A stretch of 64,000 nucleotides of DNA from Basidiobolus meristosporus CBS 931.73 (Eukaryota; Fungi; Basidiobolomycota): positions 1 to 64,000 of the forward strand of contig MCFE01000056.1 in the NCBI GenBank assembly GCA_002104905.1, written 5' to 3'. Positions 11,638 through 23,041 of the stretch are shown here, one piece after another. Position 1 is the stretch's first letter, and every line of letters starts with the position of its first letter. The notes under the pieces are model-generated. The model was not told where the DNA came from, ran no database searches, and worked only from the letters and a program-made list of their open reading frames with translations. The position numbers were made by a program, and so were the translations under genes.

Positions 11638-14150
11638 CAAGTAGAGATTAGCCCAATCGGACCAAATGGTCCGATTGTATTTAAATTATTTTGACCTCAT
11701 AGCAAGGATATATGAAGTCTAAATGAAGTTTATGAAATCTCTCTGGTGTGCACTTTGTGCTGGTATTTTGATTTTTTCAAAATGGTTGCAAATACTTTGT
11801 CTTATATTGCCTTTACTGAAGCAACTTTTGGCAAATTTTAATCGGACCAAATGGTCTAACACTTCATTGATGAATAATGGGTATGGCTTTAAGCAATTAT
11901 ATTTCAAACATTTAATAGCCAATCCTACTAACTGCGAAGAATTATTGAGCATTATTTGTTTTTTCATATACCACCTTCAAGTGCCTGGTATAGCAGTCTT
12001 TACACATTGGGTGGCCAGGGTTGCAACTGCATGAAAACTCAACCTTAGTGCCTGTAACATGAGCGGCAGTACAAGTTTTGCAAGCTAATCTACGGCGCTT
12101 TGAGCCATAACCTTTACTCATCGACAGGTAAGTGTGATTTTCATCACTTCTGAGTTGCCTCTGACTACCCAAGGGCCCCTTGATGTCTGAACCGGCCAAA
12201 TTCTTACAATATTGCAAGAAATTGTATGCTAAAATATCCTTGAAAGAGAAATGAGATACGCCACGCTTTTGGTAAGAAAATGTACGATAAGAGCTATAGG
12301 CATTGGCTTCGCAGATACCCAGGATGAAGCCGTAGAAACGCATCTCCCATCTTTCTGTAGATATAACATCATGATAAGATGTCAAATTATCTCGAAGGTT
12401 ATTGGCAGCATCAACCGAACCTACAAATATAGTAAATGGAGCACATGTTGTTTCTTCAAGACAGGATTCTACTTACTTTTATGGGTCTCATATTCTTCAA
12501 CCACTTCCGGTCGCTGAATGGTTATCACCTCACCATTGTCCCCTACAAAAGTTCTCCGTCCAGTAAGCCTTGTTGTGCTGCAAGAAGAAATAAATGCTTT
12601 GATCTTGTAATCACGGTAGGCGCAGACAAAGATTCTCCCGCTCCTTGTTGTCTTGTTCATAGTAAAGTGAGCACCATACAAGTTGCCAACACTGGCAACA
12701 ATATCGGTGGTGGGCATACCACATGGCCAGTAGCAGCGCTTAGTCACTTGCATAATGGAATACAGACCAAGTTCAGCCAGCATCATTGTCATATTTGGGG
12801 ATCCGAGCCAAGAGTCAGCAATAACGGTACGGCCAGTACCAAACCAAGGCTTGACTAATCGCTTGACAGTGGAAGTCAACTTGGACATACCAGGATCATT
12901 GTCATATTCCTTCTGTAACCAATCACTCACTGTATCTATTCTCAGGATACAAGCAGTGTGATGGTCTGCTAAAGTCTTGAACTCCTGTCCGATGGGATGC
13001 GGCTTCCTTGGAACTTTCTTAACATTGGGCAAACCAGCTCCTAACCATTGATTCATTGATTCGTCAATGACTAAATACTTGCAGGGCTCTAAACAAGTTT
13101 TCATGTGTTCATTAAAGGCGTCAATAGTTGATCTAATTTGATAAAGAGCATCGATTTCTTGATGTTCTCGGGAAGGGATTTCAAGAACGTGCATTTTCAG
13201 AATCTCTTTAAATCTTCTATACGACATATATTCCGTAAAGTCAATGTTCATTAAGAAATGAGAAGAGCCTTGCTTCCAGTAAGCTTTTTTGTCGGAATGA
13301 TTGATAACTGTCATTACAGTTATTAATGCAATCCACATCATGTACTCGGCAAATGTAACGTCAGTCCAGGGGCCAATGCTAGTTGCATAAGCATTAATCC
13401 TCCGAACGATAGTGCGAAAGTGATCTAAAGGAAGGAAGAACAAGAAATAATCCAGTGGTGAGGCATTTCTAGCATTTTTCATATTTAACCGAGCTTTCAA
13501 GGAGGTAAAACCATCAGCTGGCCCACTTGTACGGGAATCAATATATACTTCCCCAGTTATCCAGGTGTCTGCTGCAGTAAGGTCAATTTCATCTTCCTCC
13601 TGCTCCTCATCTTGGATTGCATCCTCCAATAGGTCTTCAGTAACAATACTCTCGGTAGTATTAGCAGTTGCAGGTTCAATGTTTCCCAAGGTATCATTAC
13701 TGTTAGTCTTGATATGCTTTAAACAGTTTTGTGAAAGAGTCAATGTAATCCCCGGTACCAGATCCAAAATGACATCATATTTCACATTGCCGTTGACTGT
13801 TGAGCGTGCAGTGGTAACTCCCTTGAAGCTCAAACCAGGTGTATTCCAGTCAAAACGCAGAGATAAAAGTCGTTTGACTTCCTTATGTTTGATAAATCGC
13901 TTGGATACTGATACACGCACATTAACATCAAGATGTTTACTGGCAGGAGGCATGGTTTAAGTCTTAAGAAAAGATAAAACGAATATGACGAATTATCAAA
14001 ACAACTCCAAAAAATAAATATTCAGATTCTTGTTTATCAGAATATGATATGAAATAAACAAAGTAAGACACCCATCCAGAAAAAACAATTGTATTAAATT
14101 AGACCATTTGGTCCAAATTGGACCAAATGGTCCGGCCGAATCTCTACTTG
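11638..14150 (-). mobile_element. piggyBac-like DNA transposon, apparently complete
   Basis: 12-bp perfect TIR CAAGTAGAGATT/AATCTCTACTTG, ATAA on both flanks (11634-11637, 14151-14154), subterminal GGACCAAATGGTCC-type motifs at 11659, 11844, 14101 and 14120, transposase inside. Confidence 0.8.
11942..13953 (-). CDS. piggyBac-type (DDE_Tnp_1_7/PGBD-like) transposase, 2 exons, ~651 aa
   Basis: Motifs LVIDESM, KPHPIG, VIADSW and a C-terminal Cys-rich domain. Removing a GTAAGT...TTGTAG intron (12421-12476) joins the two ORFs in frame and restores HKSSVDAANNLR (third Asp). Confidence 0.88.
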
Positions 14151-14493
14151 ATAATGATATATTTGTGCGAATAGAGGTTAGTTTAATTAGAACTATATCA
14201 CATACCTTCACATTTCGAGTGGAAAGTGATGTGGATTTGAAAGTATACACTGCCTCAATGTGCTGGCTGATCGATCTATAACGAGAGGCTATCCATTATT
14301 ATTTTCTCAGACACCGCCAGCCTACTCGGCCATTTCAGAACCCTCTTTTGCTAATAATGAGGGATGGAGCACCATCAAAATTGCAGGCCACCTCTTTGTT
14401 CCTGGTATTAACTACTTGGTAGTATATCAAAGGAACTCATTACCGTGAAAATTCCAAATTAGGGCTAGTATGTGTGTAGGCAAAAAAGAACAA

Positions 14494-14566
14494 CGACCCA
14501 GGTGGGGGTCGAACCCACGACTTTCTCCTCCGGAGGGAGACACTCTTTCCACTGAGCTACAGGGCC
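14494..14566 (-). tRNA. tRNA-Arg(CCG), copy 3
   Basis: Same sequence as copies 1 and 2. Confidence 0.93.
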
Positions 14567-15263
14567 ACTCATTGGTTTTGGAGTAAGAAACAAACTAAGC
14601 TCAAATGACGGCATAAACAAAATTTTAGTTTTAGGAAGTTTACGAGTATATAATAACTACAATATCTTGAGAGATACTCTTATACTACTATTTCGAATCT
14701 ACACAATTTTCCTTAAGTTATTAATCAGGGGACTAGCATTTCAATTTCCTAGTAGTTTTTACTGCGCAAAGAGCCAGATAGGAATACCATCATGTTAAGA
14801 CATGCCCGAAAATAAGGCAAACTTCAGATCGCTGGAGCAGAACGAATGTATAATATCAGTAGAAGCGCTTTATTTCATGTAATCACAAATGATTTATTTC
14901 TGGTTTAAAGAAACGTATCATTGAACTTTTGACTTTATGTGCGTAAGCGATGCTTTATTTCCATGTTAAAAAACGTCCCTTGCTCCTATATCACATAAAA
15001 TTATAGTGACACATATTTAGTAAAATATGTAGGGCGTGAGACGGGTAGTTACCAACCAAAAACACAATACTTGCATTAGTCACTTGGGCCAAAAATCGAT
15101 ATCGCTTTCAATTTAAGGGACCAGCTCAAAATATTGGCTGCCTAACCCATTCACTGAATACTTTTTAGACTCCGGTGGAACTAGTGTAAAATAGAGTATG
15201 AATCGCTTAATTCATGGCTAGTTTAAAATATCTGACATTTCTCAAGAAAGATAAAGCAAAAAG

Positions 15264-15345
15264 TGATGAGAGTGGGGTTCGAACCCACGCCTCCGGAGAG
15301 ACTGCGACCTGAACGCAGCGCCTTAGACCACTCGGCCATCTCACC
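15264..15345 (-). tRNA. tRNA-Leu(CAG), copy 3
   Basis: Same sequence as copy 1. Confidence 0.95.
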
Positions 15346-15681
15346 CATTGATATTAGAGCTAATCAAATTTCTGTGACGAATATTTATAATTTTATCTCA
15401 ACAATTTTGCAAAGTATTTGTGCTCTGCTTCTATTCAACGTGCAATAATGGTGAATCCTTGGGCCCATACTACTACTGGTAAAAACGAAGCAACATTAAC
15501 CCTGTATAAGTTCAGCATAAGCTTATATTTACATTTATCGTGCTGATTATTGGCCCCGTTATCCATTATGCGCACGTATAGGTGAGCATTCATGGTAGCT
15601 AATGTATAGGTATTCCAATTGAACATTTAGCCAAAATTCTTGCAATTTGATTTGTTTGTTGAATAATAGGTGGGTAATATC

Positions 15682-15908
15682 AAGCTGTCAGAATGTGCAA
15701 ACCGTCCTCGCCAGGCTGTTGGAATAATCAACCGGCAAGTTCATCAACTGAGTAGGTCCTATGGCCCCGAAGGTCCGATCGGTCACTACTCACACTTCCC
15801 TTTACGGACAGCGCACTACATCTCATCTACCAGCTTGGTATTAGTGTCTTTGTTGGGAAACAAAGACTGGGAATGTACTATATACATAATCCTGTAAAGT
15901 ACAGTCGT
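15682..15908 (-). ncRNA. U3 snoRNA, copy b (ends approximate)
   Basis: Reads identical to copy a by eye; TATA at 15935-15942. Confidence 0.85.
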
Positions 15909-16228
15909 GAAGAACAATCGATACACTTGCTCCGTATTTATACTTTTTTTCCAAATATTTTTGCAAGGTCGTTTAGTGAAAAAAAAAAGGATCGATAGAA
16001 AACATTTTTCATCCCACACATTGTTCTATGAAATGGTAGATTTGAACGAGTTCCACTGCATATTTACGGTCACAGATTCAAGCATGGTTAGGAAATCAAT
16101 GAAAAAGTAAGGTGTTTATTTCAAAACGAGTATCTATTATTACTACAAACAAATACATATAAGTGAAGTAGATTATTCAGTGAATCAAGAAATGGTCAGT
16201 ATATGTCTAATATTTGCGACGGTGGTCT

Positions 16229-17124
16229 TTAAAATTCCTTGAACTCTCCGTTGGTCCATGCACACTTCAATTGAACTTGGAATTCGGCCATTTGGATGTA
16301 GAACAATTTCAAGAGCTGTGCTTGATGTGGGGTCAAAGTATCGCCAACCTTGCAGATGGTGTAATCGACAGGGAGTGTGACGATTCCATTTTTCAAAATG
16401 GTTGGCATACCGAGGCCACGAAGTTGAGGCTCCATGTTATGGGGGAATGGATCGGCACCTCGCTTAACTGGTCCACCTGGAATGACCACCTCGTCAGTAG
16501 CAACATAGCCGGAGCGTGGGTAATCTTGCTGCTTATACTCTTGGAAGAACCTAAGCACATGGTTAGAAATCTGGATTCTTGCATATCGCCGGGTAAATTG
16601 GTTCTTACTTTTCAACTTCTTCGACAGATTTGTTGGTGAACAAGAGACCAACGTCTCCGATCAAAGCGTCGGCGATATGGTGGATGTTCTCCTTGTATTC
16701 CTCTTCTTCAGTGTTACCCAAAGCCTTGGCCATAACCTTATTTTTGCCAAAGAAGAATCTACTGGTCTTCCATTCGTTACGAATATCCTTCAGGTAATAG
16801 TTTCTCATGTTCTCCACTGAGAAAACGAAGATATTGTTGTACTCATCCGCGCAAGAACGAATCTGTTGATTGGAGAAGAGACAAAGAACCATCAGTATCT
16901 GTGTCTCGGATATTGTCCAGCTTGTGCAGCTATCGACTCTACACATATTGAAAGCTCAGAGGGTCCAATTACCTGCTCAAAGAGGGCCTCTTTTTCAGCA
17001 CGACCTTTACTTTCGGTCTTGGTCAAGGATACTAAGCAAAAGTAAAGGTTTAGTTTTCTTGGGGCGAATAGTAGCAAGTACGAATCGAGGCTTTACCAAT
17101 CTTCTGTCTCTTTGATTTAGGCAT
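16229..17124 (-). CDS. MRT4: Ribosome biogenesis / mRNA turnover protein Mrt4 (P0-like), 4 exons
   Basis: MPKSKRQKIVSLTKT..., FFFGKNKVMAKALG, GDVGLLFTN, LGMPTILKNG.V.L, LLKLFYIQMAEF; GT-AG introns at 17032-17096, 16863-16972 and 16551-16608. Confidence 0.93.
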
Positions 17125-17392
17125 GTTAGTTACAAAGGCAGTAGGGAAGGGCCAGTAACAATGGAGTCGAATGTGGATGTATATCTAGTGTCCGAATTTT
17201 TTTTCTGGAAAAAAAATGAATGTCAGTTAACTAGTTGTTACATTAGCCACAATTTGAAGCATCATTATTTTGGCTAGGTCCTCGATTAGAATAATCAGAG
17301 TTTGAGTACTCATTCGTTGATTGTGTCAGTATCCTGAGCACTTGTGTTTCCAGTGTTAGTTTCAAGGATTATCAGAACATAGACGTTACGTT

Positions 17393-18478
17393 ATGAGTCC
17401 CAAGATATCGGAAATAAGTGGTTAGTTCTAATACACTGCGTCATATCAACAATTATTGCCAGAATTCAAATTATTGTTAGAATAGATTCAGAGGAAGAAG
17501 AGTTCTACGAGTCGTTGGAATATGCAGATGAGCCCAATACAGTGCTAAAAGAGACTCAATTGAAGGAGGTCTCTTCAGAGGACCCCACTGTTGTAGCTGA
17601 GAATTCTACACATGCGATTCCAAAGACAGTGGCCAGCGTCGAAGCTTCTGAGATAAATATAATACCGCCGACGCCGCTCACAGAGGAGGAAATCGAAGTA
17701 ATTCCGGTATACAGGAAATACCTTTTCAACAGCTTTTGTCTGACTACTGCTATAGGAACGTGTTCAAGAAGTAGAGAGCTACAAGGCAGTTGGAAACCAG
17801 CTTTTTGGGAGCGGCGAATATGAGAGTGCAGTTGAAAAATACAATCAGGCACTTGAAATATGCCCAAAAGAAAAGCCCTCACTCTTGGCGCTACTTCACG
17901 GAAACATCGCTGCTTGCTATATCAAATTGGTACAGTGTGCTATTGGCCTCTGAGCTTCGTAAGCCAGCTCTCTAAATAGATATTCAGGAACGTTTGGAGG
18001 ACGCAGTTAGCGCGTGTGATAGTGCACTGGCGCTCGAACCAACCTATGTCAAAGCACTAGTACGAAGAGCCCAAGCAAATGAAAAAATCGGCAAATATTT
18101 AGCTTTGAGCTCAGCCCTAGAAGGTGAAGTCATAGTTCGAATATCCTCATTGTGGCCAATATCTAGGATATCTAACGCAATGGGTAGATTACAAGAAGTT
18201 GCTTGACATAGCACCCAACTATCGTCGCGAATGTGAACGTGCACTTGTGCGCCTACCACCACGGATAGAAGAGCAGCAAGAGATCGAAAAAGCCGAAATG
18301 CTCGGTAAGCATGGTTTAGTTCATACTATGACTTGAACACGAACTAACACGACGGACTACAGAAAAAGTCAAGGACCTTGGAAATCGGTTTCTGGGCATG
18401 TTTGGCCTTTCAACCGACAACTTTCAAATGCAGAAAGATCCATCCACTGGAAACTACTCTATGCAATTCAAGCGTTAG
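17393..18478 (+). CDS. TPR protein, TTC1-like, multi-exon (internal boundaries not all resolved)
   Basis: Acidic N-terminus; TPRs ([50 protein letters not shown]); C-terminal [34 protein letters not shown] typical of TTC1. Confidence 0.85.
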
Positions 18479-18612
18479 ACACTTCCAGTCAAGTAATCGC
18501 ATGTAATTGCTCAATTGCCACTAATGCGGGCTAGATTTTAAACGAATAAAAATTGTCTAGTCACATTAATTTCAGTTGGGTGAAATTTCTGCTTGTTGGA
18601 ACACAAGTCAGT

Positions 18613-21600
18613 ATGATAGCCACGTTTCGGGCTCCTTGTATCAGGTCCACAGCTGGTCTCTCGCAAAGAGTGCTTTTACGCCCAGTTCGAAATTATGCCC
18701 AAGTAAGCAAGCCTAAAAGACCCTTGAATGGGAAGTATCAACCCGTAAGTACGTTATACCTTGAATGGAGGACCGGAAGCTTCTTTTAACTCCTCCCAAA
18801 TCAGGCCGAAGTAGAAAAAGGCTGGTATGAATGGTGGGAAAAGCAAGGTTGGTTTGAATCCCTCTGCACCGATGGAGTTCGATTTATTTAGGCGTTTTCT
18901 TTGAAGGGTACTTTTCCCCCACGCACCGGCACTCTCGAGCTGGTGAGCAGAAAATCACCACCGTTTTGACACCTCCTCCGAACGTAACTGGAAATTTGCA
19001 CATCGGACATGCGTTAACCTTCAGTGTGCAGGTATATCCCGACCTTTCTGAGTAGGTCGACGCCTTACTCATCGAGATATATGTAGGACTCACTCGTCCG
19101 GTGGCGTCGTATGTGTGGCGAGGCAGTATCCTGGATCCCTGGGACAGATCACGCCGGGATAGGAACCCAGTCGGTGGTAGAAAAGCAATTGATGAAGCAG
19201 CACAAAGTACAAACGATTTCAACCACTAATGGATACTTGCGGTTATTAAAGCTACCCATGTTTGTCTATCCTAGCTCACTAGACACGATTTGGGCCGAGA
19301 CAAGTTTATTTCGGAGGTGTGGAAGTGGAAGGAGCTTCATGGGAATAAGATCATTGAGCAAATGAGGAAGATGGGCTCGAGTTTGGATTGGAAAAACGAA
19401 TTCTTCACCATGGACGCGCCTCGTACCGAAGCAGTAACCAACGCCTTTATACAGTTCTTCAAAGATGGGCTGCTATATCGCGACACAAGGATAGTGAATT
19501 GGTGTTGTCATTTAGAAACTGCTATTTCTGATATCGAGGTAAGAGCTATGCAGCTCTCGTTCGTGATGCCAAATGCTGATACATCGTGGGTAGGTCGACT
19601 ATGAGACAGTGCAAGGGCAAACTTTCCTTACATTGCCCGGAAGAGAGGACAAGTACGTCGCCTTATAGATGAGTATATGGATAGAGCCTAACAGCATGTT
19701 ACATAGAGTGGAAGTAGGTGTACTGCATAAACTTGCCTACAAAGTAGTCGATCCTGTTGGTGATATTGAAGAGTTGGTGGTAGCCACAACTCGTATCGAG
19801 ACGATTTTGGGGGATTGCGCCCTTGCTATCCATCCAGAAGACCCTCGATATAAGGTATGTAGGTGCTAACATCCCAGGAAAGTGGGAAAAATCTAAATCC
19901 TATACCACAATTAGACATTGCACGGCAAATTTGTGTTGCATCCGGTTCTCAATCAGAAGATTCCTATCATTTGTGACCCTGAGCTCGTTGACCCGGATTT
20001 TGGGACAGGTGTAGTTAAGGTAGAAGAGTAAATTGACTCGTTGCCTTTTTCTCAAGGCTCATTCACTCCCCCCCAGGTAACTCCCGGACACGATCCTAAC
20101 GATTATGCCTGTGGTCGCAGACACAACCTTCCGCTTACCAGCATCATGGATAAAACCGGAACATTCAACGAACTGTGTGGAGTCCGGAAGTATCAGGTAT
20201 TTTAAAATATCGGCGGTCTTCTCGAGTACAAGCATTCACGAGCCCACTTTCACCAGAACAAGGATAGATACATTGTTCGAAACGAGATAGTGGAGGACTT
20301 AATCAGCTCAGGCGCGTATCGTGGAAAGGATGTCAATCACGAGATGAGGATTTCGCGATGCTCTCGCTCGGGAGACATAATCGAGCCCATGGTTCAGCCG
20401 CAGTGGTATGTTTGTTGAAGCAATCGGGTGTGGATATGCGATAGAAAGATTTGGTCGAGTAACGTATTTAAATAAGGTTCTTAAATTGCCAAGAGATGGC
20501 CAAGACTGCAATCAAGAATATGGATAACGGCTCCATGAATATCACTCCCGGTCATCATAAGCCTGATTGGTATCGCTGGCTGGGTAAGGCAGTGGTCGAG
20601 AGCTTCACTTCTGGGATTTTCAACTCATCAGGGTTTAGAGAATATTCAGGACTGGTGTGTGTCGCGGCAACTTTGGTGGGGCCACCGGATACCTGCATAC
20701 AGACTCATCTTCAATGACCCAGAGATTCGCAAGGTTATTCAAGGCTCCGCCTCATCGAACGAACTCTGGTTTGTTGCTGAATCAAAAGAAAAAGCCATTG
20801 AACAAGTGTCAGATTTCCTGAACCAGCACAAGATCTCGAACCAAACCGATTATTCGCTTGAACAAGTGAGTTCATGCAGTCCAAACGTTCATGATCAGAC
20901 AGACATTAATTACACTTGAGTTTAGGACGACGATGTGTTGGACACTTGGTTTTCATCCGCATTGCTTCCCCTTTCGGCACTCGGTTGGGATGGAAAGTCC
21001 AAATCTTTGGTAGAGTTATTCAAGATAGCGGTTGTTATCGAGTGGATATTCAAATAGTATTTTGCGAGTAGGAAAATTATCCCACCGCGTTTATTGAAAC
21101 AGGATTCGATATTCTCTTCTTTTGGGTGGCTCGTATGGCTATGTTATCGACCTACTTCTCGGGCTCTCCTCCTTTCAAGGACATTTATTTGCACGCTATG
21201 GTACCGTTGACTGTGATGCATCGATTCCAGCATTTATTTACTGGTGAATATTAGATACGCGATTCGCAGGGAAGAAAAATGTCCAAGTCGTTAGGGAATG
21301 TAATTGACCCTCTGCACGTTATCAATGGGATATCCTTAAATGAGCTAAGACAAGCACTACACAGCGGGAATCTTGCATCCGAAGAGATAAAGAGGTAATT
21401 TAGATGTTGTGTTGGTGTAATCTCATTCCTGACCTATTAATGAAATCCAGGAGTGAGTCGGTGATGGAGAAAGAGTTTCCGGACGGGATTCCAGCTTGTG
21501 GGACTGATGCGTTGAGGTTTTCACTTGTCTCTTACACACAACAGGTTTGGCCAACCCATAATACCATATCAGACTGCCTGCTCACCATTTCTTCCAGACG

Positions 21601-22843
21601 AGACAGATAAATATGGACATATCCAATGTTACATCCGCCCTTCATTTTGGAAACAAGCTTTGGAATTTATGCAGATTCTCGTTTGGCCGATTTGACACCT
21701 TACGCGAATATGTGCCGCCAATCTCGGACTCGTTGGCGGTCCCTTCGATTACCAAGCTTGAGGAGCAACCGTTGGTGAACAAGTATATCCTTTCTAGGCT
21801 AGCCGACACCGTTCGAAAAACCCATTCGGCCATGTCCGAATACCAGTTGCACCAAGCGACCGATTCGATCCGCAGATTCGTAGTCAACGATTTATGCGAT
21901 GTGTACCTAGAATTTAGTAAACCGACGTTGTACGGTAAATCCACTATCGAGGTACACTGCTGTCCGGTGCTATTGGCTGTCCTTCCTTTTGCTAACCCCG
22001 AATCTAGGAGCAACGCTCTGCGACCTTAATCCTGACCACGTGCCTGGACACATCATTACGGTTACTTCATCCATTCATGCCATTTGTAACAGAGGAGCTG
22101 TGGCAAAATCTGATAGCACACACCAATCCTGAGTCCTCGACCCAGCCCGAATCATTAATGGTTACTGAATTCCCCGCACCAGAGAAGTTCGGGGCATTCT
22201 ATGATGAGCAAGTAGAGTCCGAAATGCAGGTAAAGCAGCCCCTCTTAAACACAGCTAGGTGATTTCCCAGCTAACCCGAATGTGTCGGTGCAGATCATAT
22301 TGTCGTTGATCCATGCGTCGCGCTCGTTAAGGCAGACCCAACATGTTTCCATCTCCCAGGAATTACCCTTCTCCGTCTGGACCGACCAGCCCGATTTGCT
22401 AGGCCCACTTCGGAGATATTCCTCGGAGCTCCAGAATTTCGTCAAAGCGACCTCTCTGGAGATCGTTCATGGCCAAGAGGCCGAGATACCTAGCGATGTG
22501 GCCGTCTCCACGATCTCGCCCAACCTGAAGGTGTTCGTGCCTGTGAGCGCATTGAAATCCGTGGGAAGTAACTCGAAGGTCCAAGGGGAGATCGATCGAA
22601 TCAAACGGAAAATGGCCAAGATCACCAAGGAGATCGAGGACCTAGAGGATAAGATCAACAAGCCTGAATACGAGGTCAGAGTACCAGAACGTGTCAAACT
22701 CAGCAACAGGTAAGTGGCACACTGTCTGATTATTACCAGCATGCCCGAGCTGAAACATCTTTCTCTCACCCAGCAAACGACTAGCCATGTTCAAAGAGCA
22801 GCTGACCAGTTTCCAAACGAACCTGGGACTATTAGAGAAGTAG
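18613..22843 (+). CDS. Valyl-tRNA synthetase, mitochondrial-type, many introns
   Basis: [69 protein letters not shown] and a C-terminal coiled coil; basic presequence-like N-terminus; stop TAG at 22841-22843 after the last intron. Confidence 0.93.
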
Positions 22844-23041
22844 ACGGACTGAGTGGTCTCCAAGTGGTAGATGTTGCTCCATTCATTTCATACCAAGTTG
22901 GTATTGCATTCAGGTCGAAAATCAAGCCATGAATAATATTCAATCCTCCACAATCACGTTTAGCAATCACGTTTATTTCTACCTCAATTCTATTTCCAAA
23001 ATCATTGGTTGTTCATGAGTTCAGGGTTGTGTAGCGGTGGC

